From Octopus sinensis (lineage: Eukaryota), in contig NC_043004.1 of assembly GCF_006345805.1 (NCBI RefSeq), positions 92,256,001 through 92,320,000 on the forward strand: 64,000 bases of DNA. The letters run 5' to 3'. Below are positions 12,411 to 26,507 of the stretch, one piece after another; position 1 is the first letter of the stretch, and every line of letters begins with the position of its first letter. The position numbers and the translations under genes are program-made. The notes beneath the pieces are model-generated. The model saw only the letters and a program-made list of their open reading frames with translations, was not told the DNA's origin and ran no database searches.

Positions 12411-14306
12411 AACAACAATAATAATAAAAACCCTGATACACAACTAGGCAGTGGCTCTCAGTAGCTTCTGATCTAACTAACTGGAAGTATCATCATGTAC
12501 ATATTCTGTCTTGGTATATAAGATGGGCTACTCCAAATATATTCTGCTCAATAACATGGATGATGATATGTGCATCTCTGATCATGAGCAGGGGTAGTTG
12601 GAAAGCATTAAAGCTATGTATTGAGAATGATTCTTTGCAGTTTCAATAATTCACGCCTGGGAGCATGGGTGTTTCGTTCATCATTCTTAAACAACACTTA
12701 TTTGACGGTTTGTGGAACTGTCAGACCGTTCAGACATTGTATTTTCACGACTACTAACCATACCATCTACAAACTCCAAAATGTCCACTCTGCATACCAG
12801 ATTTTATGGCACTTTAAGCCACACCTATCAGAGGCAGCTAAGTAGGGGATTACAACTGTCTTCTTAGCCATGTATTTCCTCATCTCCCAGACAATAAAAC
12901 CCCATAGCCCCAAGTCCTCAAATGAGCAAATGTTGTGCTGCCATAGTAAAGGCAAAAGACACAGCATATAATACTTGGCAAAGAATTATTAAACCCTACA
13001 ACGAAGATTTTTAACTATCACTGTAACTCCTGCCAGAAAAAACGCGAAAGATGCCTCATGTATCACACAGTCAGCAAATTCGGTTGATGCCCAAACTACA
13101 GACAACTCTTTTGGTTCCTAGTCAAAAGAACTTCTACCAACTTTGCGGTATCCTTCTTCCCGCCACTTCTCATATATACTTGTTCTCTAAACAGTAATTC
13201 TGTAGAGGAAACTATCACATTGGTTGTCCGTTTTTTACCCAAGTTCACACTGTACACTCTAGATAAATGTCCTCCAGGTCTATCCACTGCGCGCATTCAT
13301 GTTAAATGCTAAAGAATCTGCGGTCGATCAAAACCATCAAGGTCACAAGCCTTGACAATGCTCCTTCTATTGTTCTCGAATTGAACTCCGGCGGTTTCTT
13401 ATCTGTCTGAAAACAGCGGTATGAGGAAAGAGCTAAATTTTCGCTTAGATAGAAGACTAGTTATAACAAGACCATTTCATGGATATTCCATAAAGCTAAG
13501 TGGTGTGGACTGTGTAATAAATAGTGTGCTGCTGTCATAAGTGGAAGACAAAAAATAGAAAATCAGATAGAGGAATACTAATTATATACAGACCGAAATT
13601 GTTTATAAAATCGGGGTGGGGGGAACACGGAAATATACGAATGAAGCCGAAATGCTAATAAAATATTTAATATTTTTCTGGTTGTAAAATAAATTACAAG
13701 AATATTTGAAATTAATTGTAAATGTATTGAAAAATTACTTATAGAAATGGGTTGTTATATTAAAGATAGAAATAAATAAGTTGCATGCATAACGAAGACT
13801 TTTATTTATTTTTATTTATTTCATTTTATTTCATTTCATTTATTTTTACATTTATTTTTTGTTTTGTAAACCTGTTTCTGACAGTCCCATGTTTAAAATA
13901 TTTTATTGACAACAACACAACAGCAGAAGACCGAAAGAGAGCATTGTAAAGGAGTGATACTGATTGTATACAAACTTATTAAAGTCAAAAAGAAGATCTG
14001 GAAAGATACGAATGCAGCCAAAGAATTCTCGAATCATTGAAATTAGTTGTAAAAATGATGTTTTAAATCAATTTACAAAAATGAGTTCTTACATTAATCA
14101 TGAAAGTAAATTCCGTCCAATGATAAAAACATCACACATTTAATTTTAAATAACGGAGTGTTAGAAACATGAATTCATATCCCCACCAAAAAAGCAAAAA
14201 AAAACCCTGAATATATGTAATATGTATTTTAATAGGCTTTGCCAGTTTTTATTTTTAAGAGTGTATTCACCCCAATCATCTTTATATTTCAATATATTAT
14301 CAATCC

Positions 14307-14968
14307 AAGGCGGAGAGCTGGCGAAATGCTTAGCGGTATTTCGTTTGTCTTTACGTTCTGAGTTCAAATTCCGCCGTGGTCGACTTTACCATTCATCCTT
14401 TCGGAGTCGATAAATTAAGTACCAGTTGCGTAGTGGGGTCGATCTAATCTACTGGTCCCCCTCCCCCAACATTCCGGCCTTGTGCCTAGAGTAGAAAAGT
14501 ATATATTATCAATCCGATTAAGATGGCGAGCTGCTAGAATCTTTAGCACGCCGGGCAAAATTCTAGCAGCATTTAGTCCGCCTTCAAGTTTTGAGCCCAA
14601 ATTCTACCGAAGTCGACGTAACCTTCCATCCTTTGGAGCTCGATAAAATAAATAGTAGTTGAACACTGGGGCCAATGTACTCGATTTACACCCTTCCTTA
14701 AAGTTGCTGGCCTTGTGCCAAAATTAGAAATCAATATAACAGTCCTTCGTAAGGCGGCGAGCTAGCAGAATCGCTAGTACGTCGAGCAAAATACTATCCA
14801 CCATTTCGACCTTCTTCACGTCCAGCATTCAAATTCCACCAAGGTCGACTTTGCCTTTCATCTTTTTGGGGTCGATAAACAAAGTATCAGTTGGGCACCG
14901 AAACCGATGTGATCCACTTACCCTCTCTTCCGAAATTGCTGGGATTTTGCCAAATTTGAAACCAATAT
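14307..14968 (+). mobile_element. Three consecutive SINE family B copies, each with its own head
   Basis: Heads at ~14307, ~14520 and ~14750; atatattatcaatcc(gatt) recurs at 14292, 14501 and 14965. Confidence 0.85.
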
Positions 14969-15384
14969 ATTATCAATCCGATTTGGAATTTCCTTCCTCA
15001 TTTCTTGATTAGAAATTATGCTAGCATAGTCTTTTAAATAGCATTTAAACGCAAGAAATATCGTTATTCTATCGGAATATTTCTGTTGTCAATATAAGAG
15101 TCCATTGTTGCAAGTTCTTTTCTAATACTATTTAGATTTACCAACAAAAGTTATCTGCATTCATTCTTTTCCGATTGTATTTATACCATTCTACACATAA
15201 ACCGTATACCTCTCTTTTAAAGTTTGTCGTCCGTTGATATCAACACCTTACATTTTATTTTAAATGTTCGAGGTGAATTTGTGATCGGTGATAAAAATAA
15301 CTATATGGTTGGCATTTTACTTTAATATGTATAACCGGTGTCTACGTCAAGTGATTTACATATTTTCTCGCTCTTCCTTTCACT

Positions 15385-15415
<31 letters not shown>

Positions 15416-15445
15416 TTATATGTGTGTGTATGCTATATATATATA

Positions 15446-15605
15446 GGCGCAGGCGTGACTGAGCGGCAAGAAACTTGTTTCCCAACCACATGGTTTCGGA
15501 TTCAGTCCCACTGCGTGGCACCTTGGGCAAGTGTCTTCTACTATAGCCTCGGGCCGACCGAAGACTTGTAAGTGGATTTGATAGACGGAAACTGAAAGAT
15601 GTCCG

Positions 15606-15664
<59 letters not shown>

Positions 15665-15738
15665 GTGTGTGTGTGTGTGTGTGTCTGTGTGTGTTTGTGT
15701 GTCTGTTTGTCCACCCACCATTGCTTGACAACCGATGT
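15446..15738 (+). mobile_element. SINE family A, 3' truncated within/after the internal microsatellite
   Basis: ggcgcaggcgtgactgagcgg...ggattcagtccc...cttgggcaagtgtcttct...gacggaaactgaaaga, (TA)(TG) array, ttgcttgacaaccgatg. Confidence 0.8.
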
Positions 15739-15747
15739 TATATATGT

Positions 15748-15787
<40 letters not shown>

Positions 15788-16499
15788 ACCTGGGTAAAAC
15801 TTTAAACTGCATGTGGTAGTGAAACCTTGGTACGAGAGTCCCAGGGTATGGGGGAGTGTGGTATAACCTTTCAATCACTATATTGCCCGGTGTACTCTTA
15901 TATGGAGTAGTATCACTGTTAAAGTCCAGGCTATATGTCAACTACCATGTGAACCATTGGTAGAGAAAGGCCCCTAGTTCCCGTTGGAACTTTCTACTAG
16001 GAGAACGTACTCATAAACTGAAGTGCAGTGGGTTTCTAATCGTCTCAACCTTTGCTGTGCCACTGGTTTTATAAATTATTCCGCCGAAAAGCGGACTCTG
16101 TGCTATGAAAAGCTTTATCCACTCAAAGCAAATTCCCACATCGTGAACTTTTGGAATGTTTGTTTGGACTTAATGAGTTTTGGAAGTTATCCTACTCCAT
16201 CATCAGTTGACTTCCGTCATGTGTGTAACCACAAACGTAACTCACAAGTATTGTTGTAGATGCATATGAAGTCGGGAGCAGACAGAAACACCATATTTGC
16301 ACTCCTAACGTCAGCATAAAAGAACATCGATGATATAACAGTGAGAGAAAGAAAGACATGCAACAGCACTCGACTAGTACTTCTTTTCAGCTGAGTACAG
16401 AGGAGCTGCAAAAAATGAATTTGAGTGGCTGTAGAATGCAACAAGCAGCTCATTCCAGGAATCAGGCACACATCGTTAAACACACGATTATAGCCATAT

Positions 16500-16961
16500 A
16501 TATAGTTTCTTTAATCGTAATACTTTTCTCACTACTCGAGTCTTATGCCACAGTGACCATCAGACGAGAACTACTATAATTCGATATTTCTGTTATTTTT
16601 ATATTCCCTGGTTTGAATATGATATTTTGTTTATGACTCTCGTCTGCGTCCGTTGGTCTCTCTGGGTGTTCTTTTTGCTATTTATTTATTAGAGCGTCGT
16701 CTGCAATTATTTGTTTAATTGGTTAGTTTCTAATGTTGTTTTATCACGACACTTTGCTTTGTTGGAAGCGTTTAAGGGTTTATAAAATTCTATTTTCTTC
16801 TTTATATCTTTTGTTTTTGTTCATTTACTTTTTAAAACTTATTTATTGAGAACCATTATTTCTTGCTTTCGCGGTTTCTATTTTTCTTCGGTTCACTGAG
16901 CGTATTTTTTATTTATCATATTCACTTGTTCAGATGGCTTTTGGTTATTATATTTCTTCTT

Positions 16962-16965
<4 letters not shown>
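16500..16965 (+). mobile_element. T-rich pLTR-like segment ending in (TA)n
   Basis: Strong T skew, abuts (TA)n at 16965, and contains a decayed hammerhead-like cagacga-gaa..ttc-gata-tttc near 16560-16595. Confidence 0.3.
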
Positions 16966-17019
<54 letters not shown>

Positions 17020-19621
17020 CACTGGTTTTTGTAAAAATGACTATTTGCTATTTTGATATTTTTGTCTTCGGTTCGTTAATCAAATTTCCTAAAAACAATT
17101 TATGTTCTAAACAATTTTACATTTTTTTCCGCTTACCAATATACCATTTTATACATTTACTTAATGATTTTGCAACTATAATTATACGACTACGATGGAG
17201 ACTATATTTCGCTGATGAGGTCAGCAAAAAGCAAACACATCCTTTGGCCTGTTTTATTAATTTTTAGTGTTTTAGTGTTCTATGTTAACACTAATTTACC
17301 TCTTAGCTTAAAACCTGATATGTATTTTACTAGTAACAGGTTCGAATATTAAAAAAATGTCTTCAATGATATAGCGCCGTAAAAAGTCCATTATTATCCG
17401 AGACAGATTTCATATATTTCAGTATAGCTTTACCTTCTAGGAGAAATCGATTTTTGAGCTGTGGACGTAAATGGTTTCCAATATAAACAAAGCTTCTATC
17501 AACACTATTTTTTTTCAATTTTTACCTCGTTATTATAGTTTAGTATTTTATCTTTTATATGTTTTAGAACTTATATATAGTGATCCTCACTATTAAAAAA
17601 TAATGATAAATAATGATACACAATAAATAGGTTTAAAGATTTGGTTGTCACCTTGAATGCGTTAGTGTCTAAACAAAAACTGTCTCTTTTCCTGTTCACT
17701 TTGGAACTTACTTTGATAATATTAGGCTGTTTTATGTGTGAGTGTGTAGTGGTGATATTGAGCTAGGAAAGTTACTAAACAGAAATTAACGGCCTCCCTA
17801 CCGCTCTTCTCTCTCCCCCTCTCTCTCTGATTAGTGTTTACTTTAATAGTGTTAGAGTGTTTTGTTGGGGTATGGTTTTTAATGTAATATCATACAGACT
17901 CAGGTACTAAATAGGGGCTTTTCCAATCGTCCATTTGATTAGGCATTAAATGTTTGCAAGGATTGTATTAGATTCCTCTGCCATATCGAATAAAGCAAGA
18001 GATCTCATGGATACTTTCACATTGACTCTTGTGGCCTTTACTCGAGAATATTCTAGAGTGTTTTTAGTCCTGCTGCTGAGCTACTAGAGGGACAATATGA
18101 GGGTAGATTCAGGGCTTCATGAAGTCCTATTTTGTTTCTCTCCTTGGCACGAGGATATAGATTTTCGAGGATGGGTTAGCGGATTTGTCTGGTGGATATT
18201 TTATCGACCCTGCTAATATGAAGGATGATTAATTGTAATGTTAACAGATGTGAGTTCATGTCATACGTGCAACCTTCGAATTTTTTCGATCCGAAGGGGT
18301 TTTAACTCGATATTTACACAGTTATTTATGACTTTAATTGCTTTGAGAGCCACCATTCGAAGAAAGAATTATTGATAAACAAAGGAGGTGCAGTAGTTTA
18401 AATACATAGAGGTGATACGAAGAAAGGATGTCCGATAAGTCGAGTTTCTTTTTTCTCACTGCAATTCACCCTATGATGCATTGCGAATCGGTCTGTTAGT
18501 TGATGTATGCTTCCAGATTGCAAACGTTTTCTGTAGTTTTTTTTATTGGTTTGTTAAGCTAATTAATTTTAATGAAAAGAACTCAAATCTCTTATATTAT
18601 AGAGCATTTTTGAGAGGCTGGCATTGTCATGTATATGACAATCACCAGAAAGACATGAGCTTGTGTGTATGCCTGTGTGAGAGGGGGGGGGCAGACAGAC
18701 ACACAGACAGACACATTGGAAGCCAAGCAGACAAATAGAGACAAATAGGCGGAGAGACTGATAGATAGACAAATAGTCGGAGAGACAAATAGACAGAGAA
18801 GCAAAGATAGGATAGAACGGTAGAGAAAGAAAACGATTCGAACATTGTTTGCTACTTTATTTTATTGATTCTGAGGCGATGAAAAATAAATGCGACCTTA
18901 AGGGAACCTCAACTCAGGATACAAAGAGCTAGAATAAATGCTGCAAACTTTTTATCCGACGCTCTCACGTTTCTGTCCATAGAATGGTAATTCCACTTCT
19001 TCTTAGAATATTTGTTCACGACTCAGATTCTCATAAGTTTTCTTTCGATTCTGTATTTTGCTTTATAAATCACAAATCACATTCTTTTGAATGAAATGGC
19101 GAGGAATTTCGAGAGGAATATTTATCCAATAGATTGGACTAATTCAGTTTCACAAGCAGCTGATATATTCTTCCATAGAGCATGGGACGTTGTTTCTGAT
19201 ACTTGAGTTTGCTGTTATTGAAACGGCTGATAGATTTCGATTATATGTTTATCTCTGTACGATTGGATGCATGTGTGAGTGTATGTGTGAGTGTATGTGT
19301 GTGTGTTTGTGTGTGTGTGTGTGTGCATGTGTATAAGTGTGTGCGTGTGCATGTTCATGTCTCAGGCAACGATAAGTGCGTTCGCAATTGTCTTTGATTC
19401 TGTATATATCTGCGTGTATGTATGTGTGCGCTTTGCACTATGTTTGGTGTATTAGTTTTATTTCAGAGCATATGTGTTTATTTGCGTATGGATGTGTGTG
19501 TACATATGTGCGTTTGTGTGTGTGTACAAGTTAGAGATTCAGATTGTGTATATGTGTTTATGTTGTGTGTATGTATGCATATATATATATATACATGCAT
19601 ATATATATATATATGTATGTG

Positions 19622-19660
<39 letters not shown>

Positions 19661-20629
19661 ATGTATATATACATGTATATATATATATGCATATAGATGT
19701 GTGTGTGCGTATATATATATGTGTGTGTATCAAAACAACAACAAAGCGGATATATACGAAAAATGGCTCAACCGGACCCCGTTAATCCTCCCACGTAAAT
19801 TCCAGTTCAAAGCTATTACAGAAGAACCTGAAACACAAAGACACCTCAGGGAGAGAATGGCACTGGAAAAAATGAAAATGGAAATAGAACTTCTGAAATT
19901 GAGGGCCCAAACGAATGAGGATAAAATAAAATCCACCGATGAAGATATCAACGAAGAAATTCGCAAAATGACCCAAGGCCCAGATCAAGAGAAGTTCTCC
20001 AAACTATGGAAAGAGGACTGTGAAAAAGAAGAACTAAAATCTCTCCAACGCTGGGAGAAAAGCGCCACTTGGTTCTCAGACTATGAAGCCGTCTTTCAAA
20101 CAGAGCACGCCTCCAACAACCCTTTCCAGAAAATAAGAAAACCAAAACAACACCCAAACACCGATACACACCTGTCTAAAAATCGGAACCTTCACTACTA
20201 TCAAAAAAAGAATACAGGACCTAACCCTAACTCTGTAAGCAGCCAGCGATACAATATCAGGAATACCCCCACTTCAAGCAGAGAAAGGATAAATCAACAC
20301 CCACAGCATAGACACTGCAACCTCATCCCCACCCAAAGGAGTTACCAACGAAATCTTCGTCCCACATTAACCGGTTAAACAACCATGCACAACAAACCCA
20401 CACCACTTGCAATGATTACCAACGAAGGCCTCCTAGAACACCACACCCGAATATGGGATATCGGGATGCTCTCCTCAATACTGCTCCAAGAACACACACC
20501 ATAAATCACAACAGGAGACCCCTAATCAACAAAGAACAACTATATACTAGCTACCATCCCAACCACCGCATTCATTTTTTAGACCCAATACGCAAACACA
20601 GAGACACAAGATAGCACCAAACAAGCAGG

Positions 20630-22900
20630 AGGAACCAAAAGTAATAAAAATTATTAATCTAACTCACAAGGAACTAACAGCAAACCAAATAAACATACTT
20701 TCCAAAGGACTTAAGTTTACACCCACCCCACAACACCCCAACTACAATGAAATGAAAGAAGACATCGCAGAATTCTGCAGAAAATTAAGACTTACTGAGG
20801 AGCTATACGATAAATACAACGAGGACGAATCGTTAGCCAGAATAGGAGTAACTACACCCCCTCGAAAGGTAAGAATAAAACACTTGATGATTTCTGTGAC
20901 CACATATCAAATTACCCATATCAACATATGCACAAACAAAAACACAAACCAAACTTCAGCAAAAAAGAATGGGCTGAGTTGAACAAATTAAAACTAGATA
21001 AAACAATAACAATCAAAGAGGCCGATAAAGGGAGTGCTGTTGTCTTAATGGATACGACATTTTACATAACTTTGGTACTTTCTATGCTGGAAGACACAAC
21101 ATACTGTGAAAAGGCACAAAACTACAGTCAACAAAAAATAATGAGGGAACTAAAATCCATATTAAACCCATACAAAGCAGGGCTCACCGACAAAGAATAT
21201 GATTATATGACCAATTTCACAAGTAAAACTAGCCAATTCTACGGTATACCTAAGATCCACAAAAGTGAAAAAATAAGCAACGCATGCAAGATAGCTACAG
21301 ACATAATAATTAAAGTCCCTAATCCTAATGACCTCAAATGAGACCCATAATAGCAGGTCCCGCATGCGAAACCCACCGCCTCAGTAACTTTTTAGACACC
21401 CTGTTAAAACTACTCCTCAAACATGTCAAAAGCTATATAAGGGACGACTTAGATATGCTCAATCACCTACCGAATACTATAAACAAAAACACCATACTGT
21501 ATCCTTCGATGTAGTCAACCTCTACTCCAATATCCCCCACAACCTAGGACTAGAGGCAATCCAATTCTGGCTAGAGAATCACGCCAACGAACTACCACAC
21601 CGCATCAAAAAAGAATTTGTGATAGAAGGGGTTAAATTCATCCTGGAATAAACTTCTTCGCCTTCAATGACAACTTCTACCGACAAAAATCGGGGACTGC
21701 GATGGGTACACGAATGGCCCCCTCCTTTGCCAACCTAGTCATAGGATACCTAGAGATCAGTCTGTATCGTAAGGTTCTAGAAAGATATGGCAGCCCTTTC
21801 TCCATCTACATAGAAAACAACTGGAAGAGATATCTAGATGACTGTTTCATCCTTTGGCATAAAAATATAGAAAAACTCATAGAATTCCAGAAAATTTTAA
21901 ACGGACTGGACGTAAACATCCAATTCACGATGGAATATAGCCAACAACAACTCCCCTTCCTCGATATCCTCATTAAGAAAGCTAATAATATAATAGAAAC
22001 AGACATATACTATAAGCCTACAGACTCTAAGCAATATCTTCCATTCAATTCATGCCACCCCAGACACACCAGGATGAATATCCCCTTCAATCTAGCAAAA
22101 AGGATATGCACTATAGTCTCTAACGCAAACACCAGAGACACACGACTACAAGAACTAAAAGATACCCTAATCACCAGGAACTATCCACCTTCACTTATTG
22201 ACAAGTGCATTCAACGTGCCCTTCAACTTAACATCAAGGAACTGAGACATCCCAAATCAAAGAAAAACTTACAACCAAAAGCCTTACCATACATCTCCAC
22301 ACACAACCCTCTCAATAACGAAGCCTTCGACACCATCCTCCACAACATACCCCTCCTAAAAAAAGACCACAGAATGAACACAATCCTCCAAACACACACG
22401 ATCATAAAAAGCAAAAGACAGCCTAGATCCATGAAAAGTCTCCTTACACAAGCCCGAATTCACTCTTCAACACAGAAGCCGACAGTAAAAAAATGTGGAA
22501 GACCCAATTGCGGGATATGCGACTATCTAATTGAGGGCTCAGAGTTCTCCTTCAAACAGGGACAACGGTTTACAGTGAAAAGCAACTTCACATGTGCTTC
22601 GGAGAACCTAATATACTCACTAACCTGCTCCGGGTGTCAAGAGCAGTGCATAGGCCAAACAAAAATGGTTTGCGTAAACGAATGGCCCTGCACAGATCCC
22701 AGATAAAAATTCCCCAAAACAGAAAAATAGCTTTTAGCCAACACATAGATACTTGCGCCAACAAAAAAAACACCAAACTTCAGAATTTTCCCCCTCTACC
22801 AATTTAGGGACGATACAACCTCGAGACAACGAATAAGTAAAGAAAATCTCTTATTACAAAATACAAGCCACTTCTTAACGGGTCTACGACAAACAATTAA
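20630..22900 (+). pseudogene. Disrupted Penelope RT + GIY-YIG endonuclease ORF
   Basis: ORF-track pieces 20752-20982, 20928-21341, 21702-22706 and 22592-22807 join across frameshifts and stops into one PLE polyprotein. Confidence 0.88.
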
Positions 22901-23019
22901 TATACCTCAACTTTAGAATAAAAGAAAAAATATATATACACACACAAATATTACACTCCATAGAATCCATTACTAATCAGCCCCTTCATAGCTAAACTTA
23001 CACCCATTCATATTCTCCC

Positions 23020-23280
23020 TTCTCTGTTTTTTTCTTCTTCTTCTTCTTCCTCTTCTTCTTCATCACCATCATTATCATCATCATCGTCGTCATCATCATC
23101 GCCACCATCATCACCACCATCTTCTCCTTCTCCTCCTTCTTTTTCTTCTTCTTCTTCATCATCATCATTATCATCATCATCGTCGTCATAATCATCACCA
23201 CCATCACCATCATCGTCATCTTCTCCTTCTCCTTCTTCTTCTTCTTCTTCTTCTTCTTCTTCTTCTTCCTCTTCTACTTC
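23020..23280. repeat. (TTC)n/(ATC)n/(ACC)n compound microsatellite inside the PLE 3' region
   Basis: Directly visible. Confidence 0.9.
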
Positions 23281-23632
23281 TCCACCCCTACCCCTTAACT
23301 TTGTCACTAATGTTTTTTAGTATAACACCTACGCTAATTCTATAAACAAGCCTGTCAATATAAATATTCTCCTGAATTGAACTGAGACTGCCAGCCGCCA
23401 CTGACCATTCAAAATACGACCATCAAGGCACTCCCAGATTCTCCCACCCCCCTTTCCTCACCAGCCTTCTTCCTCTACTACCCGACCAAGAACTCACAAC
23501 GACCTTCAACACACAAGTGCAAACAAGGGAGTCAGAGAAAGGCAGAATGCCACTTAAATCTGAACACTACTATAGAAATATTCTTTTAAAAAAACTTTTC
23601 TTCTAATTTTTCTAAATTTAATTATTTAATCG

Positions 23633-23676
23633 TTACAGTTGAAAAGGTCTCAAAATGACCGAAACCGGTACTGAAA
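23633..23676 (+). ncRNA. Minimal type-I hammerhead ribozyme motif, U3-A8 core variant
   Basis: cag TTGAAAA GGTC-tcaaaat-GACC GAAA CCGG TA ctg: stem I cag/ctg, stem II 4 bp, palindromic stem III ACCGGT, GUA triplet (cleavage after 23670). Confidence 0.75.
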
Positions 23677-23777
23677 TGTTCACTATAAAATTATTTTAGC
23701 ATTTTATATTTTTGACTTGTTTTTTCATATATATATGTATATATATATATATATGTGTATTTATATATATATGTGTG

Positions 23778-23837
<60 letters not shown>

Positions 23838-24009
23838 TGTGTGTGTGTGTGTGTGTATGTATATATACATGTATATATATATATATGTATATATGTATAT
23901 ATATATGTGTGTATATATGTATAAATATATATATATATATATATGTATGAATATATATGTATATATATATGGGTGTATGTGTATGTATATATATATATAT
24001 AATATATAT

Positions 24010-24063
<54 letters not shown>

Positions 24064-25121
24064 GCTGGTGAATAGAGTGTAGACCACCAAGTGATCAAAT
24101 CAATCCCATCAATTGATTGTTGTTAAGAACATAACACAACGTCATAAACAGTTGGAGCTAGCGTTGGAGAGTAGAAGGGAAGGTGCAAAGGAGAGGGTGT
24201 TAGTTGGAGTGTAGTGGAGTGTTGGAGTCAAGCGAGGCAAGGATGTGGCTGATACGAATGAAATAACACAACGCTAGAGTAATGAAGTAATAGTAAAGAC
24301 TTGGTGAAGGCGGTTTGAGAGAGTTGGAATATAGAAGCGAATACAGAGAGTGATGAGGCTGATATGACAACTTCAAGTGTGATTGGGGTTGCGTTGCTGT
24401 TGGGGGAGGTAGTGTGAAATGAGGCTGTACTAAGTGGGGAGTCTGATAGAGAGAAAGTGGTGATATGTAGAGAGGCAGTGTTGAGAAAGGTCTTGTAGCG
24501 CTGGAGTGATGGAGTGACGTAATAGAGTGGTGGAGAATTTGAGTCAGATAAGGCAGATTCAGAAAGGTGAAGTGGGGTGATGGGTGGTTGGAGTAAAGTG
24601 TGTGACTATACTGCGGTGGTGGTCAGAATTGAGGCAGTGCTGGATTGGTGGATTAATGGAATGGTTACGATGGAATAGAGGAGTAAAAATATGGATATTC
24701 AATGGTAGAGGTGTATGTGTATGTGTTTGTGTGTGTTTGTCTGTATGTGTTCGTGTGTGTGTTTGCTTGTTTGTTTGTGTGTGTGTGTGTATGTGTGTGA
24801 AAATGGTGAAGCGAATATTTGTTCTAGCTTTCCAAACCCACTGATCCATGAGAATTGCTTCAGAACATCAAAGACATTCCAGTCGATATGTTTGCAGAAG
24901 GTTTCTGATGTTAGCCTCTATTCCGCAAATATAAACACACACACACACATCTATACATACACACAATTATAAAAGTGTACAAGCAATAACATGTGTACAC
25001 GCCAACATATACATGTGTGTGTGTGTGTGTCTGTGTCTATATGTGCGTGTGTGTGTGTGTATATATGTCTGTATGTTTACAAATCTCTGTCTAATTCTGT
25101 GTTTGTGTGTGTGTGTGTGAA

Positions 25122-25129
<8 letters not shown>

Positions 25130-25157
<28 letters not shown>

Positions 25158-25230
25158 TGTATGTATGTATGTATGTATGTATGTATGTATGTATGTATGT
25201 ATGTATGAATGTATGTATAGACATGTATGT
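25130..25230. repeat. (TATG)n microsatellite
   Basis: Directly visible. Confidence 0.95.
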
Positions 25231-25609
25231 ATAGACATGGACATATCTCTCAACGGATACACATACATATACATGCATACACACAGATATATAATTAACA
25301 TAATTTGCTATATAATTGTTTTATTGTTTTAATAAATGAAATAATTATTTATCGACATTTATGTCCGCACAGAAAAACACACACACAAACACATACACAC
25401 ACACAAGCAGGTATCCATATGTAAATAAAGGAAAGAAAGAAAGAAAGAAAAAGGAAACTGAATGCTTTTCTCACCATACTTCTAGCACTGTTATTAATTT
25501 CACGCACTGGAAGTTTTTGGAAGCATGTGTAGGCCACAGACTTTAAAAAAGTAGATATATATTTCTTTACTTTTAAAAAAAGTAGATATAGTTATTATGG
25601 TAACTGTGT

Positions 25610-25850
25610 TGGCTACGGTTTCACGCGCATCGGCAACAATGAAGTATGAACACTATCGTGGCGTCGTCGTTTGTGATGGTAGGTGATACGCACAGAGAGT
25701 TGCTTTAACTGTGTGGAAACAATGGACAGGAGACAATGTGCCTTCATGTAAAAGATAGGTGGGTTAGAGGTTTCACAGGAACAAGGATTCACTGAGCGCT
25801 CAGACGTCTTAGACAAACTGCGAAGATGAAAAATGATGCTTAGTTAAAGT
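25610..25850 (+). mobile_element. Possible decayed mariner transposase N-terminal fragment
   Basis: Translation GDNVPSCKR*VG*RFHRNKDSL weakly resembles the mariner HTH region GxxAPSxxTVxxWxxRFxxG. Confidence 0.3.
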
Positions 25851-25951
25851 ATCATAAAAGCATCAATCTATTAGTAGCTCTTTTGGTTATGTATTATATA
25901 GATATTTATTACTCACTGGATTGAGTACTTTTTTCTTGAATTTACGTATAC

Positions 25952-26032
<81 letters not shown>

Positions 26033-26048
26033 GTATTTATCTATCTGT

Positions 26049-26118
<70 letters not shown>

Positions 26119-26130
26119 GCCTGTCTGTCT
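25952..26130. repeat. (CTAT)n microsatellite
   Basis: Directly visible. Confidence 0.95.
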
Positions 26131-26149
26131 ATACATACATATATATATA

Positions 26150-26390
26150 CAATTCATAAATAAGGGCAAACGAAAAAATTTCTAATGCCAAATATGCCGA
26201 AAAATTGGACATATTGTCCATTAACAATATAATTTTTTCACAATACGCACGCTACTCAAAAAAAGGTCGACAGAAATATTTCGAGTAGCGTGCGTATTGT
26301 GAAAAAATTATATGGTTAATAGACAATATGTCCAATTTTTCGGCATATTTGGCATTAGAAATTTTTTCGTTTGCCCTTATTTATGAATTG
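26150..26390. repeat. Long inverted repeat: 108 bp arms, 25 nt loop
   Basis: Arms 26150-26257 and 26283-26390, two mismatches by manual comparison. Confidence 0.95.
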
Positions 26391-26507
26391 TTTATGAATT
26401 TAACCTTTAAAGGTATTTTTTAATATGCTGGCCATTGATAAAATTTTTTGGGAAAATAATTTTTTCCGAAAAAAATTTTATCATACATTAGATATATATA
26501 TATATAC

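Larger units (their letters stand above)
19728..23725 (+). mobile_element. Penelope-like retroelement (Neptune-type), 5' truncated and frameshifted, embedded between (TA)/(TG) arrays
   Basis: Motifs LSKGLKFTPTP, IKEADKGSAVV, FYGIPKIHK, SFDVVNLYSNIP, AMGTRMAPSFANL, RYLDD, YYKPTDSKQYLPFNSCHP, Cys linker CGRPNCGIC and GIY-YIG-like NLIYSLTCSGCQEQCIGQT; 3' region carries a hammerhead motif. Confidence 0.92.

Noticed and set aside
16358-16579. Acceptor at 16389-16390 plus a 73 aa ORF
   Set aside because: No donor and no recognisable product.
17207-17240. CTGATGAGGTC as a hammerhead start
   Set aside because: No matching GACC-GAAA; too decayed to call.
24060-24710. Strongly purine/G-skewed segment after the Penelope element
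   Set aside because: Probably an inverted fragment of another retroelement; no motif or homology within the window supports a specific call.
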